DNA of 64,000 nucleotides, from assembly GCA_013359345.1 (NCBI GenBank), contig JABWCA010000002.1, forward strand, positions 740 through 64,739, written 5' to 3'. The notes beneath the pieces were generated by a model. It was not told the DNA's origin, searched no databases, and saw nothing but the letters and a program-made list of their open reading frames with translations. Of this stretch, positions 51,628 through 61,400 are shown one piece after another (positions within the stretch are counted from its first letter, which is position 1; the number at the start of each line of letters is the position of its first letter). Made by a program: the position numbers and the translations under genes. Source of the stretch: Ignavibacteriaceae bacterium. Lineage in GTDB: Bacteria > Bacteroidota > Ignavibacteria > Ignavibacteriales > Ignavibacteriaceae.

Positions 51628-54057
51628 ATGAGCCCCCAGAATGAAGAATTTCTGAAAAGACTTCGTGCAACGTTCAGGATTGAGGCAAGAGAACATCTTG
51701 AAACAATCTCGGCCAGTCTCCTCGGGCTTGACAGCCTTGCCCCGCAGGAGATCACCGGAACGGTTGAGCTCATTTTCAGGGAGGCTCACAGCCTCAAGGG
51801 GGCAGCGCGCGCCGTAAATGAAAATGAAATAGAGCTGGTCTGCCAGTATATTGAAAGCATCTTCTCACTCCTTAAAAAATCGGAAATCTCTTACTCGCCT
51901 TATATTAAGGATATGCTTATATCTGCCGTTGATCTGATGACCATTTATATGAATCTGACCGAACCGGAAGATCAGAAGGCGCACGGTAAAGATCTGAAAA
52001 ATCTGGCCGAACAATTAAAGAGCTTTGCTGAAGGCGGTCATCAAGTGGCCGGGGTCCACGCTCATAAGGAGATTCCTTCCCACAGGCCTGTTGAAATGAC
52101 AGGTGAAAAAACTCCTCCCGTTAAAAGGGAGCTGAAAAAAGTGGTGATTGGTTCTGCAAGGGTACCGGCAGCTAAAACTCAGCCCGTATCAGCAGAAAAA
52201 CCCGCAGAACCCCGCCCCGCTCCGGCTGAAACCATTCTGCCCGCAGAGAAACCGGCCACCGCAACAGAAAGGGAGAGCGTAAGGGAGACGCTGAGAATTG
52301 CCTCTGAGAAAATTGACACCCTGCTGCTTAAGACTGAAGAGCTGCTCAACATTAAGCTGATGATCGGCGAGTATGAGAAACAGCTTAATGATTCCCTCTT
52401 TTATTTTCAGCCCTGGAAAAAAGAATGGGAAAAAATACAGACAGAACTCAGATATCTGAAAAACAGAATCAGTCTTAATGACGGAATGGATTACAGAGAC
52501 AAAAAAGCAATCACAGAAATTCTCAATTATATTGACTGGAACCATTCGCTCGTCTTCGTTGTAGATTCAAAACTCTCAAAATCTGCCAAAGACCTCGCCA
52601 GAACCAGGCACTCCGTCTCACAGATGATAGATTCAACGCTTACCGATGTAAAAGATATTATGATGATGCCTGCCTCGTCAATGCTCAGCATACTTCCAAA
52701 AATGGTTTATGACATTTCAAGAGAACTCGGTAAAGTGGTGGATCTTGACATAAAAGGGGGCGATATTGAAATTGACAGGAGAATTCTTGATGAACTTAAG
52801 GATCCTCTCATACACCTTGTGAGAAATGCGGCTGACCACGGACTTGAAAAACCCGAAATAAGATTAAGAAGAAAAAAAAGCGGAGCGGGAAAACTTAGGG
52901 TGATTCTTTCCAACATTGACAGCAGCAAGTTTGAGATTCTCGTTGAAGATGACGGTAACGGAATTGATGTTGAAAGGGTAAAGGAGAAGGCGGTTAAAAA
53001 CGGTCTTATAACCCAGAAAGAAGCCTTTGAAATGTCGCTCACAGATGCATACGCCCTGATTTTTAAATCTGATATTTCAACCAGTCCCGTAATCACCGAT
53101 CTTTCAGGCAGGGGGCTGGGCATGTCGATAGTTCTTGAAAAAGTTGAAAAGCTCGGCGGAAACATAATCACAGAATCAGAACCGGAGAAATTCACAAGAT
53201 TCAGGCTGATTCTGCCGCTTTCGGTGGCAACTCTTAGAGGAGTTCTTGTAAAAACCGGAGAGGATCATTATGTTATTCCCTCATCGGGGGTTGAAAAAGT
53301 GCTGAGAGTGAAAAACAATGAGATAAAGTCGGTTGAAAACAAGGAAACGGTTTTTTACTCAGGTAAAACCATACCCCTTGCCCCGTTAAGGGGACTGCTT
53401 GAGCTGCCCGATACCCACAGAAAGGAAGAGCCGGTGCATACAAATGTGATGGTTCTGTTCAACTCTGAGAATATGGTGGGAGTTTCTTTTGATGAGCTTG
53501 TGGATGAAGCCGAGTTCCTGATAAAGCCCTTTAACCGTCAGCTCCAGAGAATCAGGAATGTTTCTGCGGCAACGGTTTTGGGTTCAGGCCAGATAGTGCC
53601 CGTGCTGAATATATCAGATCTTATAAAGTCATCTCTTGAATTTGCGGGAGAATTAAGAGTGCGGAGCAAAGCGGCAGAACAGCCAAGCCGTGAGGAACAC
53701 AATATCCTTGTGGTTGATGACTCAATAACCTCACGAATGCTGCTTAAAGATATTCTGGAATCGGCTGGGTATAATGTTAAAGTCGCCATTGACGGGGTTG
53801 AAGCCCTCACTGCTCTCCGGTCTGATAAGTATCATGCCGTGGTCACTGATATTGAAATGCCGAGAATGAACGGGTTTGAGCTGACCTATCAGATAAGAAA
53901 AGAAGAAAAACTTAAAAACACACCTGTTGTACTGGTTACGGCTCTCTCTTCTCCCGAAGACAGGGAGAGGGGTATTGAAGCCGGCGCCGATGCATATATA
54001 GTTAAAAGCAGTTTTGACCAGAGCAATCTGCTTGATATTGTTGAAAGACTGATATAG
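51628..54057 (+). CDS. cheA: CheA histidine kinase fused to a C-terminal receiver domain (CheA-REC hybrid)
   Basis: HPt FREAHSLKGAARAV, a Pro-rich linker, N-box HLVRNAADHGLE, G1 DDGNGID and G2 GRGLGMS. The P5 CheW-like domain is followed by REC ILVVDDS..VVTDIEMPRMNG..VLVTA. Confidence 0.93.
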   Translation: MSPQNEEFLKRLRATFRIEAREHLETISASLLGLDSLAPQEITGTVELIFREAHSLKGAARAVNENEIELVCQYIESIFSLLKKSEISYSPYIKDMLISAVDLMTIYMNLTEPEDQKAHGKDLKNLAEQLKSFAEGGHQVAGVHAHKEIPSHRPVEMTGEKTPPVKRELKKVVIGSARVPAAKTQPVSAEKPAEPRPAPAETILPAEKPATATERESVRETLRIASEKIDTLLLKTEELLNIKLMIGEYEKQLNDSLFYFQPWKKEWEKIQTELRYLKNRISLNDGMDYRDKKAITEILNYIDWNHSLVFVVDSKLSKSAKDLARTRHSVSQMIDSTLTDVKDIMMMPASSMLSILPKMVYDISRELGKVVDLDIKGGDIEIDRRILDELKDPLIHLVRNAADHGLEKPEIRLRRKKSGAGKLRVILSNIDSSKFEILVEDDGNGIDVERVKEKAVKNGLITQKEAFEMSLTDAYALIFKSDISTSPVITDLSGRGLGMSIVLEKVEKLGGNIITESEPEKFTRFRLILPLSVATLRGVLVKTGEDHYVIPSSGVEKVLRVKNNEIKSVENKETVFYSGKTIPLAPLRGLLELPDTHRKEEPVHTNVMVLFNSENMVGVSFDELVDEAEFLIKPFNRQLQRIRNVSAATVLGSGQIVPVLNISDLIKSSLEFAGELRVRSKAAEQPSREEHNILVVDDSITSRMLLKDILESAGYNVKVAIDGVEALTALRSDKYHAVVTDIEMPRMNGFELTYQIRKEEKLKNTPVVLVTALSSPEDRERGIEAGADAYIVKSSFDQSNLLDIVERLI

Positions 54058-54064
54058 GAAAAAA

Positions 54065-55105
54065 ATGATCAGAGTACTGATTGCTGATGATTCTGCAGTA
54101 TCACGTGATCTCCTGAGTTATATACTTGAATCGGATCCGGGAATTAAAGTGGTTGGCACAGCCGTCAACGGCAAAGAGGCCGTGGATCTCGTAAAAGAAT
54201 TGCAGCCCGATATCATCACGATGGATATTGAGATGCCGGTTATGGACGGGGTGGAGGCAACCAGAAGGATTATGGCAAACAACCCCCTGCCGATAATCAT
54301 AGTAAGTTCTTTCTGGAACACAGCCGATGTCAACCTCAGTTTCAGGGCACTTGAAATCGGGGCAATTGCCATTGCGGATAAACCAAAGGGACCCGGAGCC
54401 CCTGAGTTTGAAGCTGAGTCAAAAAAGCTGATAAAAACAGTGAAACTGATGTCGGAGATCAGGGTTGTAAAAAGGATCTATAAGCATAAACAGGAGAGCA
54501 TTAAATCTGTAACCGGTGCAGCGGGAAAAGCAATGCCTCCGGAAAGAAGCATTAAGATTGCCGGAATAGGTGCCTCAACCGGAGGTCCGCAGGTTCTTGA
54601 AAAAATACTCAGGGGGATCAGGAAAGATCTGAGCATACCCCTGCTGGTGGTGCAGCACATAACTCCCGGATTCACGCAGGGCTTTATAACCTGGATGAAC
54701 CAGTCATCGGGAATTCCGGTAAAACTTGCAGAGCACAATGAAAAATTAAAAGGCGGTGTGTGTTATGTGGCTCCTGATCACAAACATATGCTGCTTGAGA
54801 GCGGCTGGCGGGTATATCTTTCGGACGGGCCTCCGCTTAACAGTCACAGGCCATCCGTTTCGGCACTTTTCGGATCCCTTTTAAAGGAGGCAGGCGCCGG
54901 AGCCATGGCGGTTCTCCTGAGCGGCATGGGTAAAGACGGTGCGCAGGAAATGAAAAAATTAAGAGACGCAGGAGCAACAACTGTTATACAGAATCAGGAG
55001 AGCTGTATAATATTTGGTATGCCGGGTGAAGCTAAAAAACTCGGCGGGGCTGAGTTTGAACTGACGCCCGACCGTATAACGGATTACCTGAATCAACTGA
55101 ACTGA
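54065..55105 (+). CDS. cheB: Protein-glutamate methylesterase/deamidase CheB
   Basis: REC (VLIADDS..ITMDIEMPVMDG) plus a methylesterase domain with catalytic contexts GASTGGP, QHITPGF and GMGKDGA. Confidence 0.93.
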   Translation: MIRVLIADDSAVSRDLLSYILESDPGIKVVGTAVNGKEAVDLVKELQPDIITMDIEMPVMDGVEATRRIMANNPLPIIIVSSFWNTADVNLSFRALEIGAIAIADKPKGPGAPEFEAESKKLIKTVKLMSEIRVVKRIYKHKQESIKSVTGAAGKAMPPERSIKIAGIGASTGGPQVLEKILRGIRKDLSIPLLVVQHITPGFTQGFITWMNQSSGIPVKLAEHNEKLKGGVCYVAPDHKHMLLESGWRVYLSDGPPLNSHRPSVSALFGSLLKEAGAGAMAVLLSGMGKDGAQEMKKLRDAGATTVIQNQESCIIFGMPGEAKKLGGAEFELTPDRITDYLNQLN

Positions 55106-55133
55106 GATCACCACATTTAACCGAAAGGCAAAA

Positions 55134-56444
55134 ATGCAGTCGGAAAAATATATTTTAATCGTTGAAGACAGCCCTACTCAGGCTGAAAAACTAAGATTAA
55201 TTCTTGAAGACAGCGGCTACAATGTCAAAACCGCATACAATGGTGTGGCAGCCCTTGAGATTATCAGGCTGGAAAAACCGCTTATAATCATCAGTGATGT
55301 CATTATGCCCGAAATGGACGGCTATGAACTCTGCAGAACCTTGAAAGACAGTGATGAATTCAGGAATATTCCCTTCATACTCCTGACAGCCCTTTCGGAT
55401 CCCAAAGATGTTGTAAGGGGACTTCAGGCCGGAGCTGATAATTTCCTGACTAAACCTTATAACCAGAAGTTTCTTCTCTCAAGGGTGCAGTATATACTTG
55501 CAAATCTTGATCTCCGTAAGAATATGGTTTCGGATATGGGGATTCAGGTGATGTTTGCCGGTCAGAAATATTATATCAACTCCGACCGCATCCAGATCAT
55601 TGACCTTCTCCTCTCCACTTATGAAAATGCGATTCAGAAAAATGACGAGCTTGCCATTGCCAACCAGGAACTTATGGAAATTCAGAGGGAGATGGCCATT
55701 AAAAACAAGGAGCTTGAAAAACTGAATGCTGAAAAAAACAAGTTCATCGGTATTGCGGCTCATGATCTGAGGGGAAGCATGGGGAGCATTCTTTCATCAA
55801 GTATTCTGCTTGAACAGGAATTTGACACAATTGACAGAGAAGAAGCCATTGAGTTTCTTAAACTCATACGTGATTCGAGCGATTTTGTTCTGGGTATGAT
55901 TAATGAGCTTCTTGATGTCTCGGTCATTGAATCGGGTCAGCTGAAAATGAAGCTGACAGAGTTCGATCCGGTTGAACTTCTTATGAAAAATCTTCAGCTG
56001 CACAGGCATGCTGCCGAGCAAAAACAGATCACCCTTAATTTTTACACTTCTGATAATGTAAAGACAATCATTGCAGATCATAATAAGCTTGAACAGGTTT
56101 TCAGCAATCTGATTTCAAATGCGATCAAGTTTTCTTTTCAGGGGAAAGAGGTTGATGTCACGCTTGAAGATTCAGGTGAAAAACTCCTTCTCACCGTGAA
56201 GGATCAGGGGCTTGGAATACCTAAAAATGAGATCGGGCTTCTCTTTAAGCCATTCCCTAATACATCGGTAAGGGGTACTGCAGGTGAAAGAAGCACGGGA
56301 CTCGGTCTTATGATCGCAAAAAAGATTATTGACGCGCACGGAGGCACAATCTGGGTTGAAAGTGAACAGGGCAAGGGTTCGGTTTTTTATGTTGAGCTGC
56401 CCTATGAGGCGTTCACTTACGAAGATATGCTCAAATACGACTGA
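55134..56444 (+). CDS. Response-regulator receiver fused to a histidine kinase (REC - coiled coil - HisKA - HATPase_c)
   Basis: REC ILIVEDS..IISDVIMPEMDG..ILLTA. H-box IGIAAHDLRGS, N-box NLISNAIKFS, G1 KDQGLGI and G2 GLGLMIAKK. Confidence 0.9.
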   Translation: MQSEKYILIVEDSPTQAEKLRLILEDSGYNVKTAYNGVAALEIIRLEKPLIIISDVIMPEMDGYELCRTLKDSDEFRNIPFILLTALSDPKDVVRGLQAGADNFLTKPYNQKFLLSRVQYILANLDLRKNMVSDMGIQVMFAGQKYYINSDRIQIIDLLLSTYENAIQKNDELAIANQELMEIQREMAIKNKELEKLNAEKNKFIGIAAHDLRGSMGSILSSSILLEQEFDTIDREEAIEFLKLIRDSSDFVLGMINELLDVSVIESGQLKMKLTEFDPVELLMKNLQLHRHAAEQKQITLNFYTSDNVKTIIADHNKLEQVFSNLISNAIKFSFQGKEVDVTLEDSGEKLLLTVKDQGLGIPKNEIGLLFKPFPNTSVRGTAGERSTGLGLMIAKKIIDAHGGTIWVESEQGKGSVFYVELPYEAFTYEDMLKYD

Positions 56445-56448
56445 AAGT

Positions 56449-57414
56449 TTATTTGTTGTCAATTGAGAGGCTGATCTCAACGCCCAGGTTGAATCTTTCC
56501 TCTTCAGCAATTATGGGTTTGAAGAACCATGATATTTTACCGTCGGAGGTTATGGGTCCTTCAAACTCGAGGGTAAGTGAATGCCCGAACACATAAAAAT
56601 CATCAGTCAGCTCACCCCTTAATCCTATTTTCTCATCGGTATAGTTATAATAGGCAATCATTGTTACATAGCCGGCAAGGCTGCTGTGGATATGAACAAG
56701 CGGATCGGTTGCCAGGGTAAGTCCGTATGACCACTTCTTTGTGCCGGTGTTGTGAAGCCCCTCGGCTGTAAGAACCAGTTCGTCTCTTTTACCCGGCATG
56801 AAAGTATATCCCGCTTCAGATCTGAGATACGTTTCTTCGTTAAGTTTTTCAAAAGAAAACTCACCCTTAAAATTATCGGAGGGAGTGAAATTAAGTTCGG
56901 TTTCAGTGAAATTCAGAACCATCTCCCTTTCAAACAGATTCGGCTGATTAAAATCGGCTTTGCTTCCTGCCAGAAATTCGATGCTTGCCCAGGGCAGTTC
57001 ATAAACAATTCTGCCGCCGTCAATCCAGCCGTTGCTTGCAAGGCCGGTGCTTGAAACTCTCCCTTTCACGGGCGGAATTGCTCCCAGCTGAACGCGTCCC
57101 CATGAAAAATCTCTCTGGAGATAAAGCTGCCTGAGGTTAAGCTTGAATGTTCTGAATTTTGAGGGATCATTAAAATTTCTGATCGTTTCCCATCTTGATG
57201 TGAATCGGCTTCCGCTTGAAAGGAGGTTTATCAGCTTTATATCTTCAAAAAGGTTAATAGTAAAGTTCAGTCTTAAGGCAGCCTCAAGCCTGTTTTCTCC
57301 GCGCCCGCTTTCAATGTTATCATATCTGGTTTCCCAGGTGAAACGGACTCTCTCAAGGCACTGTGAATAAGCCGCGGTGGCTGCGGTAAGTATAATTAAA
57401 AATACAAGAAACAT
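56449..57414 (-). CDS. Hypothetical outer-membrane beta-barrel protein
   Basis: Signal peptide (..TAATAAYSQ) and alternating amphipathic strand pattern. No recognisable family motif. Confidence 0.35.
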   Translation of the reverse strand: MFLVFLIILTAATAAYSQCLERVRFTWETRYDNIESGRGENRLEAALRLNFTINLFEDIKLINLLSSGSRFTSRWETIRNFNDPSKFRTFKLNLRQLYLQRDFSWGRVQLGAIPPVKGRVSSTGLASNGWIDGGRIVYELPWASIEFLAGSKADFNQPNLFEREMVLNFTETELNFTPSDNFKGEFSFEKLNEETYLRSEAGYTFMPGKRDELVLTAEGLHNTGTKKWSYGLTLATDPLVHIHSSLAGYVTMIAYYNYTDEKIGLRGELTDDFYVFGHSLTLEFEGPITSDGKISWFFKPIIAEEERFNLGVEISLSIDNK

Positions 57415-57654
57415 ATTTCTTTGATCGCTGTGTTAAGATTAATATTTGAAAATGAATCAGCCTGATCCGGTGATCAGATTGATTTAAAGAAGCTGCATAA
57501 TCAGATAACAAAAATAGTGCATCCATTAATTCATTATTGATGCGGCATGGGCAGGAAAGGTTTTGAGGATAATATGATCCCGGTTTGATCTGTGCGGAAC
57601 AGCCACAGAGAAAGGAACTGAGTATTGCCGGGACTTATTTATTAGCTCTGAATG

Positions 57655-58014
57655 CTATTTTGTCAGATCGATGATATAGTTCTGTTTTGCGCTTACCGAT
57701 ATTTCTTTTCTGATCGGTTTACCCGCATTGTCAGATGATATCAGGATGTATTCACCTTTTGGTAATCTTATGACCGGCGGAGTATCGAATGTGGAACCGA
57801 GTTTTATCACCCGTCTCTTCTCATTATCCAGAATCTCAACGCCCTTATATAAGATTCTTTCGACTCCGTCATCATAGACATAATCTGAGGGAGTCACAAT
57901 CTCAACTATTGAGAATGTGCTGTCAGGAAGAACTGCGGCTGCCTGACTGGCATTTGCCGGTAAAAAAAGATAAAACAGTGGGATGAAGCCTGAAAGCAGC
58001 CTCTTTAATTTCAT
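57655..58014 (-). CDS. Hypothetical small secreted protein
   Basis: 119-aa ORF with a signal peptide (..LFLPANASQAA). No recognisable motif. Confidence 0.35.
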   Translation of the reverse strand: MKLKRLLSGFIPLFYLFLPANASQAAAVLPDSTFSIVEIVTPSDYVYDDGVERILYKGVEILDNEKRRVIKLGSTFDTPPVIRLPKGEYILISSDNAGKPIRKEISVSAKQNYIIDLTK

Positions 58015-58271
58015 AAAATAAACTCCGGATTATATGCTGCAAAGTTAATCTCACAGTATTAACAAAATGTTAGGGTGCTGTTAAGTGAGTGTTAAATCAT
58101 CAGGCGGATTCTGCACAGGGTGGGAACAGAATACCGTCATTTATAGATTAAAAACTATTTTTTTGATTAAAAACAGGCCGTCAAAGATAATTCTTATTAA
58201 AAACCCGGTTGATATAGAAATTAAAAACTGTAATTTTAAATCTGAATTTTAATTATTACAGGCCTTTATCA

Positions 58272-59372
58272 ATGAGCCGGATATCAGAATTGAAAATCCA
58301 GACACTTCTTACAACACTTGTCGTTTTATTAAGCGGAAGCCTCGGGGCGCAGGATCTTGTTAATCCGCTGAGGATATCAGGTCTGGTGTTCGGGGATTAT
58401 TTTTATAATCTGAAACGTGATGCAAATATTATTCAGGCAAAAGATGTTGCAATCGGGGGTAATGCAAAATTTAACGGATTTCAGTTCAGGAGAATAAATC
58501 TCACCTTTGATTATAACATTTCATCAAGATTTTCAACCCGGCTAAGATTTGAGGCCGACCAGCAGTCAAACACATCAAATGGCAGGATAGGAATTTATGT
58601 AAGGGATGCCTTTATAAGATGGAATGACATTTTTAAAGGGAGTGATCTCATTCTCGGAATTCAGCCGGTTCCCGCTTATGAGATAAGTGAATCATTCTGG
58701 GGGCACCGCTTTATAGAAAAAACCATTATGGACCTTCGGGGGGCCGTCTCTTCCCGTGATTTTGGCCTTTCGCTAAGAGGCAGGATAACTCCGGGCGGTT
58801 CATTGAACTATGCGGTTATGATCGGTAATAATTCAGGTAACAGGCCTGAATACGATAATCATAAAAGAATTTATTCTCACATACAGTTCTCCCCTGATGA
58901 AAACTTTTCTCTCACCGCTTACGGAGATTACAGCTCCTCCGATCAGATTCGTTATCAGGTCGGCAATGAATTAATGATGTTCAATGCCGATGGTTATACC
59001 ATGGCTCTTTTTGCGGGTTACCGTAAAAGGGAAAAAGTTTCTGCCGGTGCAGAAGTTTTCAGGCAGACAGTTATGAACGGTTTTAAGCAGAACGAAACCG
59101 TCAAAGATAAAAATATGCACGGCGTTTCACTGTTCGGTACATGGTTTTTTAATAATACACTGAGCCTTGCCGGCAGATATGATTACTTTGATCCAAATTC
59201 AGATACTGACGGCGATTCAAGAAACATCTGGATGGTTTCATTTGACTACACCACTGAAGAAAGAATAGTTATCTCACCAAATGTCATTTATGAGACTTAT
59301 GAGGAACCCGCTCCCGGAGTGAATACCGACCCCTCGCTCACTCTGAGAGTGACATTCTTTTATACATTCTGA
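58272..59372 (+). CDS. Putative outer-membrane porin (beta-barrel)
   Basis: Signal peptide, alternating strand pattern and the C-terminal aromatic signature ..RVTFFYTF. Its general resemblance to OprO/P-type porins is unverified. Confidence 0.45.
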   Translation: MSRISELKIQTLLTTLVVLLSGSLGAQDLVNPLRISGLVFGDYFYNLKRDANIIQAKDVAIGGNAKFNGFQFRRINLTFDYNISSRFSTRLRFEADQQSNTSNGRIGIYVRDAFIRWNDIFKGSDLILGIQPVPAYEISESFWGHRFIEKTIMDLRGAVSSRDFGLSLRGRITPGGSLNYAVMIGNNSGNRPEYDNHKRIYSHIQFSPDENFSLTAYGDYSSSDQIRYQVGNELMMFNADGYTMALFAGYRKREKVSAGAEVFRQTVMNGFKQNETVKDKNMHGVSLFGTWFFNNTLSLAGRYDYFDPNSDTDGDSRNIWMVSFDYTTEERIVISPNVIYETYEEPAPGVNTDPSLTLRVTFFYTF

Positions 59373-59599
59373 TTTAAAACCCTGACTGCACAGTTCATTG
59401 AAGGCCCGGCAAATACCTGCTCCCTGCCAGGTTGACATCCCGGGTGATTTTTCATTAAACCACATCATTCCCCTGATCAGACCACTTTATATTTGAATAA
59501 TTGAAATATTAATTCATTAAAATGAACTCATCGTTATTGCAGACGGTTAAAATTTATACTCTCCCTCTTAAACTTTTTATAACAAAAAACCGGTAACCG

Positions 59600-61159
59600 A
59601 TGAGCGAAAAAAATGATGTGAAAAAAATACCTGATGCAGGTATTGGTGAAAAGGTTTTAAATCTGGTGGAGCGGCTTGGTAATAAACTGCCTGATCCTGC
59701 CATTTTATTTCTTATATCTCTGCTGAGTGTATGGATTCTTTCAGCCTTATTATCACCTGTGGTGTTCAGTGAAATAGACCCGAGAACAAAAGAACCCCTT
59801 AAGATTGTTAATCTCCTTTCCGGTGAATCGCTGGTTGCGTTCCTTTCAAATATGGTGACCGTATTCACGGGATTTGTGCCGCTCGGGGTTGTGTTAGTGG
59901 CAGTGCTGGGGGTTGGTATAGCGGAACAGTCGGGTTATGTGAATACCGGACTTAAGCTGCTGATGAAAATCACCCCGAGAAAACTCCTCACCCCTATGAT
60001 AATATTGGTTGCTATTGTATCACACACTGCGGTTGACAGCGGTTACGTTATTGTGATTCCCCTTTCGGGACTTATATTTTATACAGCAGGCAGGCATCCC
60101 CTTGCAGGTATTGCAGCGGCTTTTGCCGGAGTATCGGGCGGATTCGGAGCTAACTTTGTTCCCTCTGGAATTGACCCGCTGCTTCAGGGTTTCACACAAT
60201 CTGCCGCAAGAATAATAGACCCTGAAATATTGGTTAACCCTCTTAACAACTGGTACTTCACAGCGTTTTCATCCGTCTTTATAATCTTCCTCGGCTGGTT
60301 CATAACCGACAGAATTATAGAGCCCAGACTCAATTCAAAGTTTAAGTATGAAAGCGCCGGGGAAACAGAATCAGACATGAGTACAATAACACCAAAAGAG
60401 AAAAAGGCATTTTACCTTTCATCCCTTCTGATGATCAGTATGCTGATTGTTCTGGTTGTGACTTCAATGAGTGGCGATTCTCCATGGCGTGATAAAGACG
60501 GCAACATTTCGTCATTCAATGCCCCCCTTATGAAATCAATTGTTCCGCTGATCTTCCTGATTTTTGCTCTGCCCGGTGCGGCATACGGATATATCTCAGG
60601 GTCATTTAAAAAATCCAAAGATGTCATAATGGCGATGGCAAAATCCATGAACGGCATGAGCTATTACATAGTGATGGCATTTTTCTGTGCGCTTTTCATA
60701 GATGCATTCTCAAAATCAAACCTCGGAGCTCTTCTGGCGCTTAAAGGTGCGGAAATTCTGAAGCAGCTTGCCCTGCCGGGTCAGCTTACTATTATCGGAA
60801 TGATTCTGCTCACCGCTCTGGTGAATATATTTGTAGGGTCGGCTTCAGCCAAGTGGGCGCTCATGAGCCCGATAATCGTTCCCATGCTGATGGGACTCGG
60901 TATTTCTCCCGATTTAACTCAGGCAGCGTACAGAATCGGTGATTCATCCACAAATATTATCACACCGCTCCTGGTTTATATGCCCCTTATAGTGGTTTTT
61001 GCACAGAAGTATGTAAAGGAGACAGGCATAGGCACGCTTATATCAATAATGCTGCCCTATTCTATTACATTCATAATCGGGTGGACAATCTTCCTGCTCG
61101 TTTACTGGACCCTGGGTATCCCGCTCGGCATACAGGCTGTTTACACCTATACACCATAA
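59600..61159 (+). CDS. abgT: AbgT-family transporter (p-aminobenzoyl-glutamate / antimetabolite efflux family)
   Basis: The N-terminus ..LNLVERLGNKLPDPAILFL.. is characteristic of AbgT. It has many TM segments and is 519 aa. Confidence 0.85.
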   Translation: MSEKNDVKKIPDAGIGEKVLNLVERLGNKLPDPAILFLISLLSVWILSALLSPVVFSEIDPRTKEPLKIVNLLSGESLVAFLSNMVTVFTGFVPLGVVLVAVLGVGIAEQSGYVNTGLKLLMKITPRKLLTPMIILVAIVSHTAVDSGYVIVIPLSGLIFYTAGRHPLAGIAAAFAGVSGGFGANFVPSGIDPLLQGFTQSAARIIDPEILVNPLNNWYFTAFSSVFIIFLGWFITDRIIEPRLNSKFKYESAGETESDMSTITPKEKKAFYLSSLLMISMLIVLVVTSMSGDSPWRDKDGNISSFNAPLMKSIVPLIFLIFALPGAAYGYISGSFKKSKDVIMAMAKSMNGMSYYIVMAFFCALFIDAFSKSNLGALLALKGAEILKQLALPGQLTIIGMILLTALVNIFVGSASAKWALMSPIIVPMLMGLGISPDLTQAAYRIGDSSTNIITPLLVYMPLIVVFAQKYVKETGIGTLISIMLPYSITFIIGWTIFLLVYWTLGIPLGIQAVYTYTP

Positions 61160-61199
61160 CAGAGGATAACCAGTCTTTAACCACCCCTTAAATTAAAAG

Positions 61200-61224
61200 T
61201 GCCGCTCACAGCGGCATTTTTTTT
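61200..61224. terminator. Intrinsic terminator after abgT (possibly bidirectional)
   Basis: TGCCGCT-cac-AGCGGCA followed by T8. The opposite strand has CUUUUAAUUU after the stem. Confidence 0.75.
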
Positions 61225-61281
61225 GCTAATGATAATAACTGCACCGCCAGTTAATTCCTGTACTACTGTAAAAAATTGTTT

Positions 61282-61309
61282 ACACTGCCGAAAAGCGTTT
61301 CGGCAGTGT
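61282..61309. other. Strong stem-loop (12-bp perfect stem, 4-nt loop)
   Basis: ACACTGCCGAAA-agcg-TTTCGGCAGTGT. On the minus strand it is followed 7 nt later by U6. Confidence 0.7.
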
Positions 61310-61400
61310 GTAAAGGCTACGCATGGCAGTGTGCAAAGGCTGCCCCCGGGCAATATTAAAAGGTTACCCCAGAGCAGTGTGTAATGGCTGCCCGGCAGTT

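Noticed and set aside
61199-61384. 61-aa plus-strand ORF starting inside the abgT terminator
   Set aside because: It begins within the terminator hairpin and runs through the reiterated 17-mers. There is no RBS and no protein-like features.
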